From Candidatus Cloacimonadales bacterium (GTDB taxonomy: Bacteria; Cloacimonadota; Cloacimonadia; Cloacimonadales; DAONDQ01): a stretch of 64,000 nucleotides of DNA. Positions 20,626-30,881 of the stretch are shown piece after piece. A program made the position numbers and the translations under genes. Position 1 is the stretch's first letter. Each line of letters opens with the position of its first letter. The notes under the pieces were generated by a model that ran no database searches, was not told the DNA's origin, and saw only the letters and a program-made list of their open reading frames with translations. The stretch spans positions 128,001-192,000 of the forward strand of contig OY759316.1 of the NCBI GenBank assembly GCA_963662275.1, in the 5' to 3' direction.

Positions 20626-22170
20626 ATGACCAATTATCGAGAAATCTTGCGTTTACAGGCGCAAGGAATTAGTGAAAGGAATATTGCTCAAAGCCTGCCG
20701 TGCTCCCGCAATACCGTATCCAAGGTGCTGAGGGCAGCAGCCCAACAAGCTGTTTTCTGGCCAATTTCTGATACAATTAGTGACAGGGAATTGGGGAAGA
20801 TGCTATTTCCCATTGTAAATATCGAAGGGTGTCGCAAGATGCCGGATTTTGAGCATATACACAAGGAGTTAGGTAAAAGCGGTGTAACCTTGTCGTTATT
20901 ATGGCACGAGTATTCAGAGCTATGCCGGCAGAATCAGACGATACCCTATCAATACAGTCGATTCTGCGAGCTTTACACGGAATATGCTCATCAAACCAAG
21001 GCAACCATGCGCATTCATCACAAGCCGGGTGAGAAGCTTGAGGTTGATTGGGCAGGTCAATCTGCGTATTTGACAAACAATCTTACCGGGGCACAGCTTA
21101 AAGTTCCAGTCTTTGTCGCTGTTTTGCCCTATAGTGGCTATGCTTATGTTGAAGCACTTCCCAATATGAGTCTGAGTAACTGGATTCAGGCTCATGTAAA
21201 CTGCTTTCAATATATGAACGGCGTGGCAAAAATACTGGTTCCTGACAACCTCAAGACAGGTGTGGAGCGGGTATCCGGTGGAAGCAGTGTAATCAACAGG
21301 ACATATAATGAGCTGGCTAATTACTACAATACAGTGGTCATCCCTGCCAGGGTCAGGCATCCCAAGGATAAGGCAAGTGCTGAAGGGACAGTAGGTATTA
21401 TCTCGACCTGGATTCTGGCTGCTCTTCGCAACAGGAGTTTCTTCTCGCTTAGAGAACTCAATAAGGCAATCAGGGAAAAGTTGGCTGAATTTAACAGTAA
21501 GCCTTTCCAGGTCAAAGATGGCTCCCGTGAAAGCGTATTTTGGCAAGAAGAACGAGAGCAGCTGCTTCCCTTGCCGGAGGAGGCTTATGAACTGGCTACA
21601 TGGGCTACAGCAACGGTTGGTTACAACTATCACATTATGGTTGATAAGAAGTACTATTCAGTGCCTTATGAATATATCCACCACAAAGTAGATATTCGCC
21701 TAACCGCCAGGGTGGTGGAGGTCTTTTACAATTCAGTCAGAATAGCCTCCCCCAGGGGCTTGGAGGGAAACTCTGAGCGATATCAGACCAATGCCGAACA
21801 TATGCCCAAGGATCATCAGGAATACCGGAAATGGGATGCAGATAGTTTTGTTGACTGGGCTTGTACTCTTGGAACAAGCACTGAGTTGGTAATCAAGTCA
21901 ATCCTGGGATCATGCAGGGTTGAACAGCAAGGTTATCGCACCTGCATGGCTGTGCTAAGCGCTTCAAAAAAGTACGGCTGTCAAAATTTGGAAAATGCCT
22001 GTCAGAGAGCATTAAGCTACACACCAAATCCGAGTTACAGAATCATCAAGACTATTCTAAACTCAAATGAACAGAAGAGAAGCACCGATAATGATGCTGA
22101 AGCGGTGCAAAGCTCAGAGTATGCCATCAGCCGGGAATCAGGTTACTACGGGAGAAACGAAAATGACTAA
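20626..22170 (+). CDS. istA: IS21 transposase IstA
   Basis: N-terminal HTH, PGEKLEVDWAG, VPDNLK, P..PKDKASAE and YSVP motifs. Confidence 0.93.
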   Translation: MTNYREILRLQAQGISERNIAQSLPCSRNTVSKVLRAAAQQAVFWPISDTISDRELGKMLFPIVNIEGCRKMPDFEHIHKELGKSGVTLSLLWHEYSELCRQNQTIPYQYSRFCELYTEYAHQTKATMRIHHKPGEKLEVDWAGQSAYLTNNLTGAQLKVPVFVAVLPYSGYAYVEALPNMSLSNWIQAHVNCFQYMNGVAKILVPDNLKTGVERVSGGSSVINRTYNELANYYNTVVIPARVRHPKDKASAEGTVGIISTWILAALRNRSFFSLRELNKAIREKLAEFNSKPFQVKDGSRESVFWQEEREQLLPLPEEAYELATWATATVGYNYHIMVDKKYYSVPYEYIHHKVDIRLTARVVEVFYNSVRIASPRGLEGNSERYQTNAEHMPKDHQEYRKWDADSFVDWACTLGTSTELVIKSILGSCRVEQQGYRTCMAVLSASKKYGCQNLENACQRALSYTPNPSYRIIKTILNSNEQKRSTDNDAEAVQSSEYAISRESGYYGRNEND

Positions 22171-22918
22171 TAATACTACTATCATTAAACTTCGAGAGAT
22201 GCTGTTAAATGGCATGGCAGATGCCTACCGAAATCAGGTTAACGATAAATCACTGGAAAACTACAGCTTTGATGAGCGCTTTGGCATGCTGGTTGATATA
22301 GAATGGGATAAGCGCAAGAATAATAGGCTTAAACGTCTGATTCACGGTGCCGGCTTCAAGTTCAGTAACGCGAGCATAGCAGATATTGACTACCATGAAG
22401 ACAGGAAACTTGATCGTAGTGCAATCGTTGAATTGGCATCATGTTCATTTATTGGAGAGAATGAGAATATCATCATCACGGGAGCATCAGGAAGCGGTAA
22501 AACATGGCTGGCTTGTGCATTTGGCATAGCTGCCTGCAAGAAGTACTTCACTGTAAAATACGTCCGCCTGCCTGAACTGTTGGATGACCTCGCTGTTAGC
22601 CGTTGTGAAGGCGGGCATCAAAGAGTCATAGACAGATATGTAAATGCGAAACTGCTGATACTTGATGAATGGCTGTTAACCAGGATAAACGAACAGGAGG
22701 CTAAAGATCTCTTTGAAATAGTCGAGATGAGGTATTCCAAAGCATCTACGGTCTTGTGCTCTCAGTTCAAAACCGGAGGATGGCACGAGAAGATTGGACA
22801 ACCCACTCTCGCTGATGCCATCCTTGACCGGCTTGTTCATAACTCTCACCATATATTTATCGATGGGAAGATGTCAATGAGAGAACGCAAGGGAATAATA
22901 CAAATCAATAAGAAATAG
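22163..22918 (+). CDS. istB: IS21 ATPase IstB
   Basis: GASGSGKT, LLILDEW and ADAILDRLVH motifs. Start ATG 22163 overlaps the end of istA. Confidence 0.93.
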   Translation: MTNNTTIIKLREMLLNGMADAYRNQVNDKSLENYSFDERFGMLVDIEWDKRKNNRLKRLIHGAGFKFSNASIADIDYHEDRKLDRSAIVELASCSFIGENENIIITGASGSGKTWLACAFGIAACKKYFTVKYVRLPELLDDLAVSRCEGGHQRVIDRYVNAKLLILDEWLLTRINEQEAKDLFEIVEMRYSKASTVLCSQFKTGGWHEKIGQPTLADAILDRLVHNSHHIFIDGKMSMRERKGIIQINKK

Positions 22919-23140
22919 CCGGTTCCCTCTTAGATGCATCGTTCCGGCTGCTGCTTCGCTCGGACTACGTCCTCACTCCGCAGCAGCCGGAACTTCATCC
23001 TCCCTAATAAAGTTGATAATATGTAATAAGGCAATAAGATACGTCGTGTGGCTCAAAAAGATAATATAGTATGGCTCAATTATAGTGGAGCACTGGCTCA
23101 ACTTAATCGGACAAGGTGGCTTTTCTGAGCGGAATATGCA

Positions 23141-23312
23141 TTGTCACATCATTGGGTGGAGTCAAAGCATCTCGTTCAGTTTCTTTAAACTGTCCTAATT
23201 GTGGGGCAGATGGCTTCACAATATTTGAGGAATGGTGATTTGAGACTCTCCCTGTCGCAAAGCAAAAAAAACTGCTAAAAAAGAAAACCAAAATGCAAAG
23301 AATGTTTTTCAT
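23141..23312 (-). pseudogene. 5' part (signal peptide) of the IS21-interrupted FGE protein
   Basis: MKNILCILVFFF...ALTPPNDVT continues as IHITGGVITLSW on the other side of the IS. Confidence 0.85.
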
Positions 23313-23470
23313 AAAAACCTCTCATTTATGAGTTTATGTTTTAATTGTATCCGTAAGTCATATAGGAGAAGATATCTGAATATAATTCAACAATAATGGC
23401 TGTTATTATTTTGCGTCAAGCATTAATTTTACAAAAAATGAGCTTCTATGACCCTTTACATCCCTTAAGA

Positions 23471-23555
23471 GCATTACGGTACCAATACGGTAGCAATACG
23501 GTATCATTACGGTAAAAAACCGTATTTATACCGTATTGGTATAGTAATGGTACTC
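23471..23555. repeat. 11-bp period direct repeats (a[at]tacggta..) followed by inverted copies
   Basis: gcattacggtaccaatacggtagcaatacggtatcattacggtaaaaaaccgtatttataccgtattggt. Confidence 0.75.
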
Positions 23556-23801
23556 TATTATAAGAAAGAGGTGAGTAGATGAAATACTCGGTTTTCATAT
23601 AAAGTTCGCACGCCTTTCTTGTTCGAACTTCCAGGTTGAGTATGATTTTCTAGAAAAGCATTCCAAGAAAATGCCCCGAACCATGTTGCACTATGCTATC
23701 GAGAAGTGTCCTTAGGAGATGAGACTGTATTTTATGAGAAGATTTCCCTCCCTTTTGCAAAGGGAGGGGTTAGGAGAGTTAGTTCTTTTCTTAATCAACT
23801 T

Positions 23802-23926
23802 TTAAAACATCGCTGTTACTTTGTAGAAACGTCGATTATATGTACCAGCATCTCCTATTGCTCCGGTAATTCCAAACAATCCATTTACAACTAAGATAAT
23901 AAGCTAAGTAATATAGCTATTTTCAT
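23802..23926 (-). pseudogene. Relic of a secreted-protein gene (signal peptide joined to C-terminal motif)
   Basis: MKIAILLSLL / frameshift / VVNGLFGITGAIGDAGTYNRRFYKVTAMF*. Confidence 0.4.
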
Positions 23927-24221
23927 ATCATACTTCCAAGATTTGCACTACGCTGCAGGTTTGAATATAGATTTCTTATGATTCAAATATTTAATATACT
24001 TGAATATTATGACAGATTACTTTTTCAAGAAGCTCTTGAGATTAATTAAAATGTTGCAAATAATGTAAAGTAAGATTCATAAAATTACAAACTAAGTCTC
24101 CCTTAGGCTTATCAATAAGCAGTTTAAGCAATTCTTTCACTTCGCACTTCGTAAAATTCTCTTGCCCAAAACAATCTAATTTATGAAACTTCCCCTAAGA
24201 GATTTTACTTGCGGAGGTACC

Positions 24222-25832
24222 ATGCCCCGTTATTTAGATAAGAACACAGCCCAAGCTCTGCAGACAGATGTTCTGCTGGAATTGATCCAGCCTTTTTCTG
24301 AACCAGGAAGGAAACTCAAAATGCATGAAAAAGCTTATCTTTCAGGTGAAGAAAGCAAGCTGGCTCTGGAATTTCAGATGATTCATCTGTTAATGAATTT
24401 TAAAATGCAGCAATCTAGTGATTTTATAGTTCTTCAAGATCTTCTCCAGCATTTGGAAGACATTCATAAAACGATTCAGCATTGCGAATCCCACACACTT
24501 GCCCTTCATGAGATATTTGAAATTAAGCATTTCTTATATTTTCAATTACGAATCAATGAAATTCTCCATTTCAATCATCTGACAGATTGTGCAATTTGCT
24601 CTGATTTTATAGAATTGTTTGAATATCTTGACCAGGATAAGCAGAACCAGCCGCATTTTTATCTATCAGATGCGTATTCGGTAGAATTGTCAGAAGTTCG
24701 GAATGAGTTGAATGAGCTGATTAACACAGAGAAGCGATGGTATCAGACAACTCGTGGAAAAGCTGCAAAGTCACTTGGGATGGAAATGGTGGGACTGGAT
24801 GTTGTAATTGATAGAAACAATACTTTTCAGATGGAGAAAGTTGAAAAATCTCCGTATTTCCAGGAAGGGAAAAGCAATTACAGCAATCGTGTCTTCCATT
24901 TAAAGGAAACCCCAAGCTTACACAAAATTCGGACAAAGATAGAAGTTCTAAAGCATAAACTAGAAACTATTGAATTGAATGTCCGCATCCAAATCTCCGG
25001 GAAGATCGCATTGCATTTCAGAGAGCTGGAAAATACTTTTCATGCACTTGCGCAGTTAGATTTGCGTATGGCAAAGGCATCTTTTGGTATTAAGCAATAC
25101 TGTTGCATTCCCAAAATCAACAAACAGATGAAAATTAAACTTCATAAATTGGTAAATCTACCGCTTCGGATGAAACTCCGTGAAATTGGTCATCCCTATG
25201 AAGTGACTGATATTGAACTAACTCATAAGCTAAATATCGTCATCGGGGCTAATATGGCAGGGAAAACTTCTGCTCTGAAATCCCTGGGTCAAGCTGCCTT
25301 TCTAGCAGCCAGGGCAATTCCTGTTCCTGCTAAATCTGCAAGTTTACCATTATTTGATTTTCTCTTTTTCTCCGGTGAAGATAGCCAACGCAAGCAGCCT
25401 GACCTCAGCAGCTTTGCCCAGGATGTTGTTGCGATGCAGGATGCATTAGAAATGCCTGGATTCGGACTATTTCTTATTGATGAATTTGCTCGTGGCACTA
25501 ATCCCTTCGAAGGAGAAGCTCTCTGCTCTTCTCTTCTCTCCAAGATGATTAGTAAAAATGCTCTTACTTTTTCTGCAACGCATTTCCAGGCACCTGCATT
25601 CATCTCAGAAGCAGCACATTTTCTCATGCCAGGTCTGACTGAATCTGATTTTCTTGAAATTAGTCAGTTGCCTGTTAAAGAACGAATTGCAGAACTTCAT
25701 AACAGGATGAAATATAAATTGATAGCCGTTACCAAAGGACAGGAACCACCTCGTGCGGCGTTACGCATAGCTGAAATATTGGGTCTGGATTTGAAGATTA
25801 TTCTATCTGCACGAGATATCTTATCTACCTGA
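24222..25832 (+). CDS. MutS-family ATPase-domain protein (MutS2-like, no mismatch-binding domain evident)
   Basis: GANMAGKT, LSSF, IDEFARGTNP, SATHF and A..IAEILGL motifs. Start ATG 24222 after GGAGG. Confidence 0.8.
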   Translation: MPRYLDKNTAQALQTDVLLELIQPFSEPGRKLKMHEKAYLSGEESKLALEFQMIHLLMNFKMQQSSDFIVLQDLLQHLEDIHKTIQHCESHTLALHEIFEIKHFLYFQLRINEILHFNHLTDCAICSDFIELFEYLDQDKQNQPHFYLSDAYSVELSEVRNELNELINTEKRWYQTTRGKAAKSLGMEMVGLDVVIDRNNTFQMEKVEKSPYFQEGKSNYSNRVFHLKETPSLHKIRTKIEVLKHKLETIELNVRIQISGKIALHFRELENTFHALAQLDLRMAKASFGIKQYCCIPKINKQMKIKLHKLVNLPLRMKLREIGHPYEVTDIELTHKLNIVIGANMAGKTSALKSLGQAAFLAARAIPVPAKSASLPLFDFLFFSGEDSQRKQPDLSSFAQDVVAMQDALEMPGFGLFLIDEFARGTNPFEGEALCSSLLSKMISKNALTFSATHFQAPAFISEAAHFLMPGLTESDFLEISQLPVKERIAELHNRMKYKLIAVTKGQEPPRAALRIAEILGLDLKIILSARDILST

Positions 25833-26109
25833 TGTAGCAACAACTTTAGTTATTGCTACCTTCTGTTCTGCCCTTCTTGCCTTATATCCTTCTCAAAGTC
25901 ACCGGATTGAAATCCAGTGTTTATAGCTTTCAGACTTAATGACTTCAGTATGTACTTTACTAATGAGATTAATTACTATACATTACAAATAGAAGAAAAA
26001 GTATATTTTCATTCATCTTATATAAAAAAAATTGACACATTATTAAGCATTATATTCTTATCAGGATGTATTATCCAATAACGATATCCAATCTTCACGG
26101 AGGTATAGT

Positions 26110-29085
26110 ATGAACAAAATTCTATTACTTTGTACTCTTATGCTGATGAGTATGGCTCTGTATGCCTTTACACCTATCATTGATGGCATCAAGGATGCCG
26201 AATGGGGTGAAATTCCCACACATAGCTCCACCACTGTAAAGCAACCCCTTGAATTCAACCTGGATGGCGGATGTTATGTCACGGATGACCCTGATTATGT
26301 CTATATCGCTATTCCCATAGATAATGACCCTTGGGAAGATGGCAAATCTGTTCATTTACATGTCGCAATTGATTTAAGAAATACTCCTGACGGCGGTACG
26401 TATGATGCCTGGGGCAGCAGCATTAGCTATGGTCAGCCATTCAAACCGGAATTTGATGTCATCACCCAATGGAGCACAGCAGATGAAAACTTGGGATACT
26501 CCGCTTTTCAACAATGGATTGGTGGAACGTGGAATGCTGAATCCAACCCCCCCACAGGCATACACCTTAGAGGAGAGGGGTGTCAGTGTGTCGAAATCGC
26601 AATACACCGTAGCCTTTTAGATAATATTGAATATACTGAAGTTATCAATATCTCTGTTTGGGAGCGTCCTGCCTGGGATAAGCCAGGTGCATCCATTTGC
26701 CTGCCTGCTGATCCATCCTTTCCTTCTGATTGGGGCAATGATGGCGGAGTATTTACCACCCAGTTTCCATACACTTTAGCCACCCTTCACACAGTTATCG
26801 TCGCACCCCAGGTGGCAAGTATCATGCAACTCACGAGTTCTTCCTTCAATCTTACTTTCAGCGAACCTATGAACCAAGAAGCTGCCAGTGTTATCTCAAA
26901 TTATAACTACGGCGGTGGGATGATCATTTCATCGATAACTCCTATTAGTCCAACGACATTTAATTTCCAAACCATATCTAATCTTTCAGGCGGAACAACA
27001 TACAGCGTAATAGCCAAGCCGGAAATCGTCAGTGCGGAAGGAACTCCCATCGATCCGGTTCATAACAGCGCTTCTTTTACAGCCGTGAGCAATTCTTCTG
27101 TTACTTTCTACGTTAGTTTGACTGCTCTCATTGAAAGTGGAGGCTTCGATCCTGAATTAGATCAGATAGCTGTACGCGGTGATTTTAATGGCTGGGGAAT
27201 CACAAACGCGGATGGAATTCCCCATCATGTGTTGCCTAGCACTTTCTTTGATGTATATGGAATTACCGTTTCTGTTCCTTATGGAATAGGTCAGACATTT
27301 GAATATAAGTACTGGAACAATCACAACAGCGGTGATAACTGGGAAAACCTTCCAACTAACAGAAGTTTTACAATTGCCGGTGAAACGAATGTCATCCCGG
27401 TGGTATATTGGAACAATGTTGATCCAACTACTCTGATAACTCATCCTATCGCTGTGACTTTTAAAGTTGATATGTTGATGCAGACAGTGTCTTCAGGTGT
27501 CTATCTTGCTGGCGGCTTCAATTCCTGGAATGGAACTGCCACGCAAATGACTCTTGATAGCGGTACTATCTATAAAACAACGGTGACCTTTCCTGCCTAT
27601 TCAACCAAAGCGCAGGAATATAAATTCCTCAATGGTGAAGCCTGGGAGTATACTAGCAACAGGGCAATTGTCCTGGATAATGAACAGACTGCCATGGAAC
27701 TTCCTATTACATATTTCAACAATATTATCCCTCCGGAAATGAAAACAATCACATTCTTACCGAAGTCTCTTTCAACATTCACGAATTTCAATAACAATGA
27801 TGTACTTCCGCCCGGATCAGATATTAATATTGAAACCAGGGAGACCCCTGCTGATTCATGCTGCGAAGAAGATGATGACTTAGTGAGAGTGTGTTACATG
27901 GAGCTCTGGCCTGATGAAGGTGATTATGATTTGAATGATCTGGTTGTTAGATATCGTTTAAAATTGGGCAGTACTTACTGGGGATGCACGCTTCAGAATG
28001 GTATCAATGTCCATGATGGAGAAACAGTTGAATTCTATTTTACATTGACTGACTCTCTCGGAAGAGTTTCCATAGATAATAATGGGGGCGCAAATTATCA
28101 TGTTTCAATTGGTGGTGGTGGACTGCCGAGTTTCACATTCTTACCGATGTCTCTTTCAACATTCACGAATTTTAATAACCATGATGTACTTCCTCCCGGA
28201 TCGAATCTTAAATTAGAAACATTGGAAACCCCCGGTGGTTCATTTGTTTCAGCCAAGGTTTATTACAGATTTGAAGATACTTGGCCAGCAACTGGTGATT
28301 ATGATATGAATGATCAAAATGTTGCATATCATAAGAATATGGCTAGCGCTTACTGGCAATGTACGCTTGTTAATGGTGTCAATGTTCATGATGGAGAAAC
28401 TGTGGGATTTTATGTAACCGCTACTGATTCTCTCGGAAGAGTTTTCATGGATAATAATGGGGGCGTAAATTATCATGTTACAATTGGCGCGGGAGACTTG
28501 CCGGTATTTTCATTCTTACCGATGTCTGCTTCAACATTCACGAATTTTAATAATAATGATGTGCTTCCACCAGGTTCAGACCTTAAATTGGAAACAGTCG
28601 AGATCCCCAGTGGTTCATTTGTTTCAGTCAAAGTGTATTACAGGGAGGATTTATGGCCTAAGAAAGGTGATTATGATATGAACGATGTGCTTGTTAGATA
28701 TAGTATAGATGGTAGAACTTACTGGAATTGCACACTTCATAATGGTATCGATGTTCAGGACGGAGATACCTTGGAATTCTATGTAACTGCTACCGATTCT
28801 CTCGGAAGAGGTTACACAGATAGTAATGGGGGCGCAAATTATCATGTTATAATTGGTGAAGGAAACCTGCCAGCCCCAGGCAATGTGCAGATACATTTTT
28901 ACGGCGATAATATCCATCTTACCTGGAATGAAGTTTCAGGAGCAACATCCTACCGTGTTTACTACTTCGATGATCCGAGTCATCCCAATACCCTGACCTC
29001 TACCGATGCTATCATACCGGATATTACACTGGTTGGACATGCCTTGCTTGGGAAACGATTCTACCGGGTTACAGCATTGAAATAA
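26110..29085 (+). CDS. Large secreted multidomain protein (Ig-like, two CBM20-like domains, three ~127-aa repeats, C-terminal FN3-like module)
   Basis: Signal peptide, LTFSEPM (Big-like), RGDFNGW/GGFNSW..EYK..WE..NR (starch-binding-like), three internal repeats ending DNNGGxNYH, and C-terminal RFYRVTALK. Confidence 0.75.
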   Translation: MNKILLLCTLMLMSMALYAFTPIIDGIKDAEWGEIPTHSSTTVKQPLEFNLDGGCYVTDDPDYVYIAIPIDNDPWEDGKSVHLHVAIDLRNTPDGGTYDAWGSSISYGQPFKPEFDVITQWSTADENLGYSAFQQWIGGTWNAESNPPTGIHLRGEGCQCVEIAIHRSLLDNIEYTEVINISVWERPAWDKPGASICLPADPSFPSDWGNDGGVFTTQFPYTLATLHTVIVAPQVASIMQLTSSSFNLTFSEPMNQEAASVISNYNYGGGMIISSITPISPTTFNFQTISNLSGGTTYSVIAKPEIVSAEGTPIDPVHNSASFTAVSNSSVTFYVSLTALIESGGFDPELDQIAVRGDFNGWGITNADGIPHHVLPSTFFDVYGITVSVPYGIGQTFEYKYWNNHNSGDNWENLPTNRSFTIAGETNVIPVVYWNNVDPTTLITHPIAVTFKVDMLMQTVSSGVYLAGGFNSWNGTATQMTLDSGTIYKTTVTFPAYSTKAQEYKFLNGEAWEYTSNRAIVLDNEQTAMELPITYFNNIIPPEMKTITFLPKSLSTFTNFNNNDVLPPGSDINIETRETPADSCCEEDDDLVRVCYMELWPDEGDYDLNDLVVRYRLKLGSTYWGCTLQNGINVHDGETVEFYFTLTDSLGRVSIDNNGGANYHVSIGGGGLPSFTFLPMSLSTFTNFNNHDVLPPGSNLKLETLETPGGSFVSAKVYYRFEDTWPATGDYDMNDQNVAYHKNMASAYWQCTLVNGVNVHDGETVGFYVTATDSLGRVFMDNNGGVNYHVTIGAGDLPVFSFLPMSASTFTNFNNNDVLPPGSDLKLETVEIPSGSFVSVKVYYREDLWPKKGDYDMNDVLVRYSIDGRTYWNCTLHNGIDVQDGDTLEFYVTATDSLGRGYTDSNGGANYHVIIGEGNLPAPGNVQIHFYGDNIHLTWNEVSGATSYRVYYFDDPSHPNTLTSTDAIIPDITLVGHALLGKRFYRVTALK

Positions 29086-29421
29086 GGTATACTCTTGTAG
29101 TCTCAGGAAAGTCCCGTAGGGATGACAGATATTAACGCTCGGGTTTTAACCCGGCGATTTGACAATAGTAATCTGTCGTTCAGATGGGAATCAGAATCAA
29201 ACTTTCCCGGCTAATACTTCGACTACGCTCAGTAACCATACCCTCCCTTGCTTTATTCAAGGGAGGGAAATATGATAGGATACTGTTCATAGACCATTCT
29301 TCCCTTCATCTGAAGGGAGGGGTAGGCTTCTTATTTTCCCTCAGCGAATTTCAATTGACAAGAAAAATAAATTTATAGTTTTTGAATGGACGCTGAGAAT
29401 AACCAGTAAATGGAGACGAAG

Positions 29422-30033
29422 ATGGCTGATAAACTTCAAGAATTAACAGAACGAATCTACCAGGAAGGGGTTACAAAAGCAAAGCAGGAAGCTGATCGCA
29501 TTCTAGCTGAGACAAATGCCAAAGCTGCTGAATTGATTAAAAAAGCAGAAAATGATGCCCAACAAATTCGCAAAGAAGCCCAGGCATTGGCAGAAGAAAC
29601 CCGCAAAAATGTAAACTCCGAACTCCAATTAGCTGCCAAACAGGCAACCAGTGCACTCAAGCAGCAAATCTCCGAACTCATCATTGCCAAAGTGATCGAA
29701 CCATCTGCAGGAAAGATATGGGAAGACCCAAGTTTCCTGAAGAAAATGGTGGAAGCTGCCATTCAGAATTGGCATCAGGGTAATGAACTGGGAGAAGTAT
29801 CCGTAACATTCCCGAAGAACCTGGAAAAGGAAATGGACGAGTTTTTCCAAAAATCCAGTTCTGCAATTATTAGTAAAGGTCTGAAAATTAATTACAGTGA
29901 GAATTTACAATCCGGTTTCTCGATAGGACCAGCAGATGGAAGTTACAAGATCAATTTCTCGGAAGAGGACTTTGCCAGTTTCTTCAAACATTACCTGCGT
30001 CCTAGAGCAATCAAAATACTCTACGGTGAATAA
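29422..30033 (+). CDS. V/A-type ATP synthase subunit E
   Basis: KLQELTERIYQEGV, a coiled coil, GFSIGPADGSYK and YLRP. First gene of the operon. Confidence 0.88.
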   Translation: MADKLQELTERIYQEGVTKAKQEADRILAETNAKAAELIKKAENDAQQIRKEAQALAEETRKNVNSELQLAAKQATSALKQQISELIIAKVIEPSAGKIWEDPSFLKKMVEAAIQNWHQGNELGEVSVTFPKNLEKEMDEFFQKSSSAIISKGLKINYSENLQSGFSIGPADGSYKINFSEEDFASFFKHYLRPRAIKILYGE

Positions 30034-30038
30034 TATCC

Positions 30039-30881
30039 ATGGCTAGGGAATATTACTATTTCGTAGCCGGATTACCCTCCATTACGATGGAGGATGCTAA
30101 AGCCGCTCGGGATTTGGATGCGTTCCGTCTCGAGATGAAGAATCAGCTTCATGAAGATGATTTTGATTTAGTTAAATTGCTTTTTCTGGCAGATGATCGG
30201 GATAATCTTCTGAATCTTGTCCTTCATTTGGAAAAACCCTGGCTACCACATGGAAATTATCCTCCTTTCATTCTCACGGATGAATCAACATATCCGCAAA
30301 ATCTTCCTGAATTTATGCGAAAATTCATCAAAGCTTTCCGTGATGAAGAACCAATATTTTCCGGTATCTCGTGGGAAAATCAATTAACAACACTTTTCTA
30401 TGAGTATTTGTCAGAAAATTCCAACAGCTTTATCCAGGAATGGTTTGAATTCGAAAAAAACCTGAACAACCTGCTGACTGCATTGTTCTGCCGTAAGAAT
30501 GGCATTCCCCATGAGAGGGAGATTGTTGGTTTTGATGCAGTCAGTGAAATTATTAGACACAGTAATGCTACAGATTTCGGTGTCTCAAAGATGTTTCCTT
30601 ACCTCGATAAATTATTCCAAATCTATGACAATCCGGATATTCTCGAAAGAGAGAAACTGGTGGATCAGATGAAATGGAAATGGATTGATGACAGGAATTT
30701 CTTTCATTATTTTGATATAGATTTGATTCTCGGTTACACGGCTAAGGTTAGAATTGCCGAACGCTGGCAAAAGATGCAGCCTGAACTGGGAAAAGATACA
30801 TTTCAGCACATATTGGATGAATTGGAAGATAGCTTCCAGTTCGGTGATGATTTTACATTAGCGAAAAAGGATAGAATATGA
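30039..30881 (+). CDS. DUF2764 protein (V-ATPase subunit C-like)
   Basis: YYYFVAGLP N-terminus and position between subunits E and A. Confidence 0.8.
   Translation: MAREYYYFVAGLPSITMEDAKAARDLDAFRLEMKNQLHEDDFDLVKLLFLADDRDNLLNLVLHLEKPWLPHGNYPPFILTDESTYPQNLPEFMRKFIKAFRDEEPIFSGISWENQLTTLFYEYLSENSNSFIQEWFEFEKNLNNLLTALFCRKNGIPHEREIVGFDAVSEIIRHSNATDFGVSKMFPYLDKLFQIYDNPDILEREKLVDQMKWKWIDDRNFFHYFDIDLILGYTAKVRIAERWQKMQPELGKDTFQHILDELEDSFQFGDDFTLAKKDRI

Larger units (their letters stand above)
20459..23140 (+). mobile_element. IS21-family insertion sequence
   Basis: istA and istB, TG...CA ends, multiple internal ttgagcca repeats at both ends (aagttgagccagtgctccactataattgagcca and its inverse), and a 4-bp TTGT duplication at 20455-58 and 23141-44. 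Confidence 0.93.

Noticed and set aside
22941..22993. Long hairpin gttccggctgctg...cagcagccggaac as a separate ncRNA
   Set aside because: It lies inside IS21 just after istB and is most simply an element-internal terminator-like structure.
6420..24180. Complete diversity-generating retroelement
   Set aside because: CLec-fold target-like genes are present, but no reverse transcriptase, avd or AAC-rich template repeat was found in the window.
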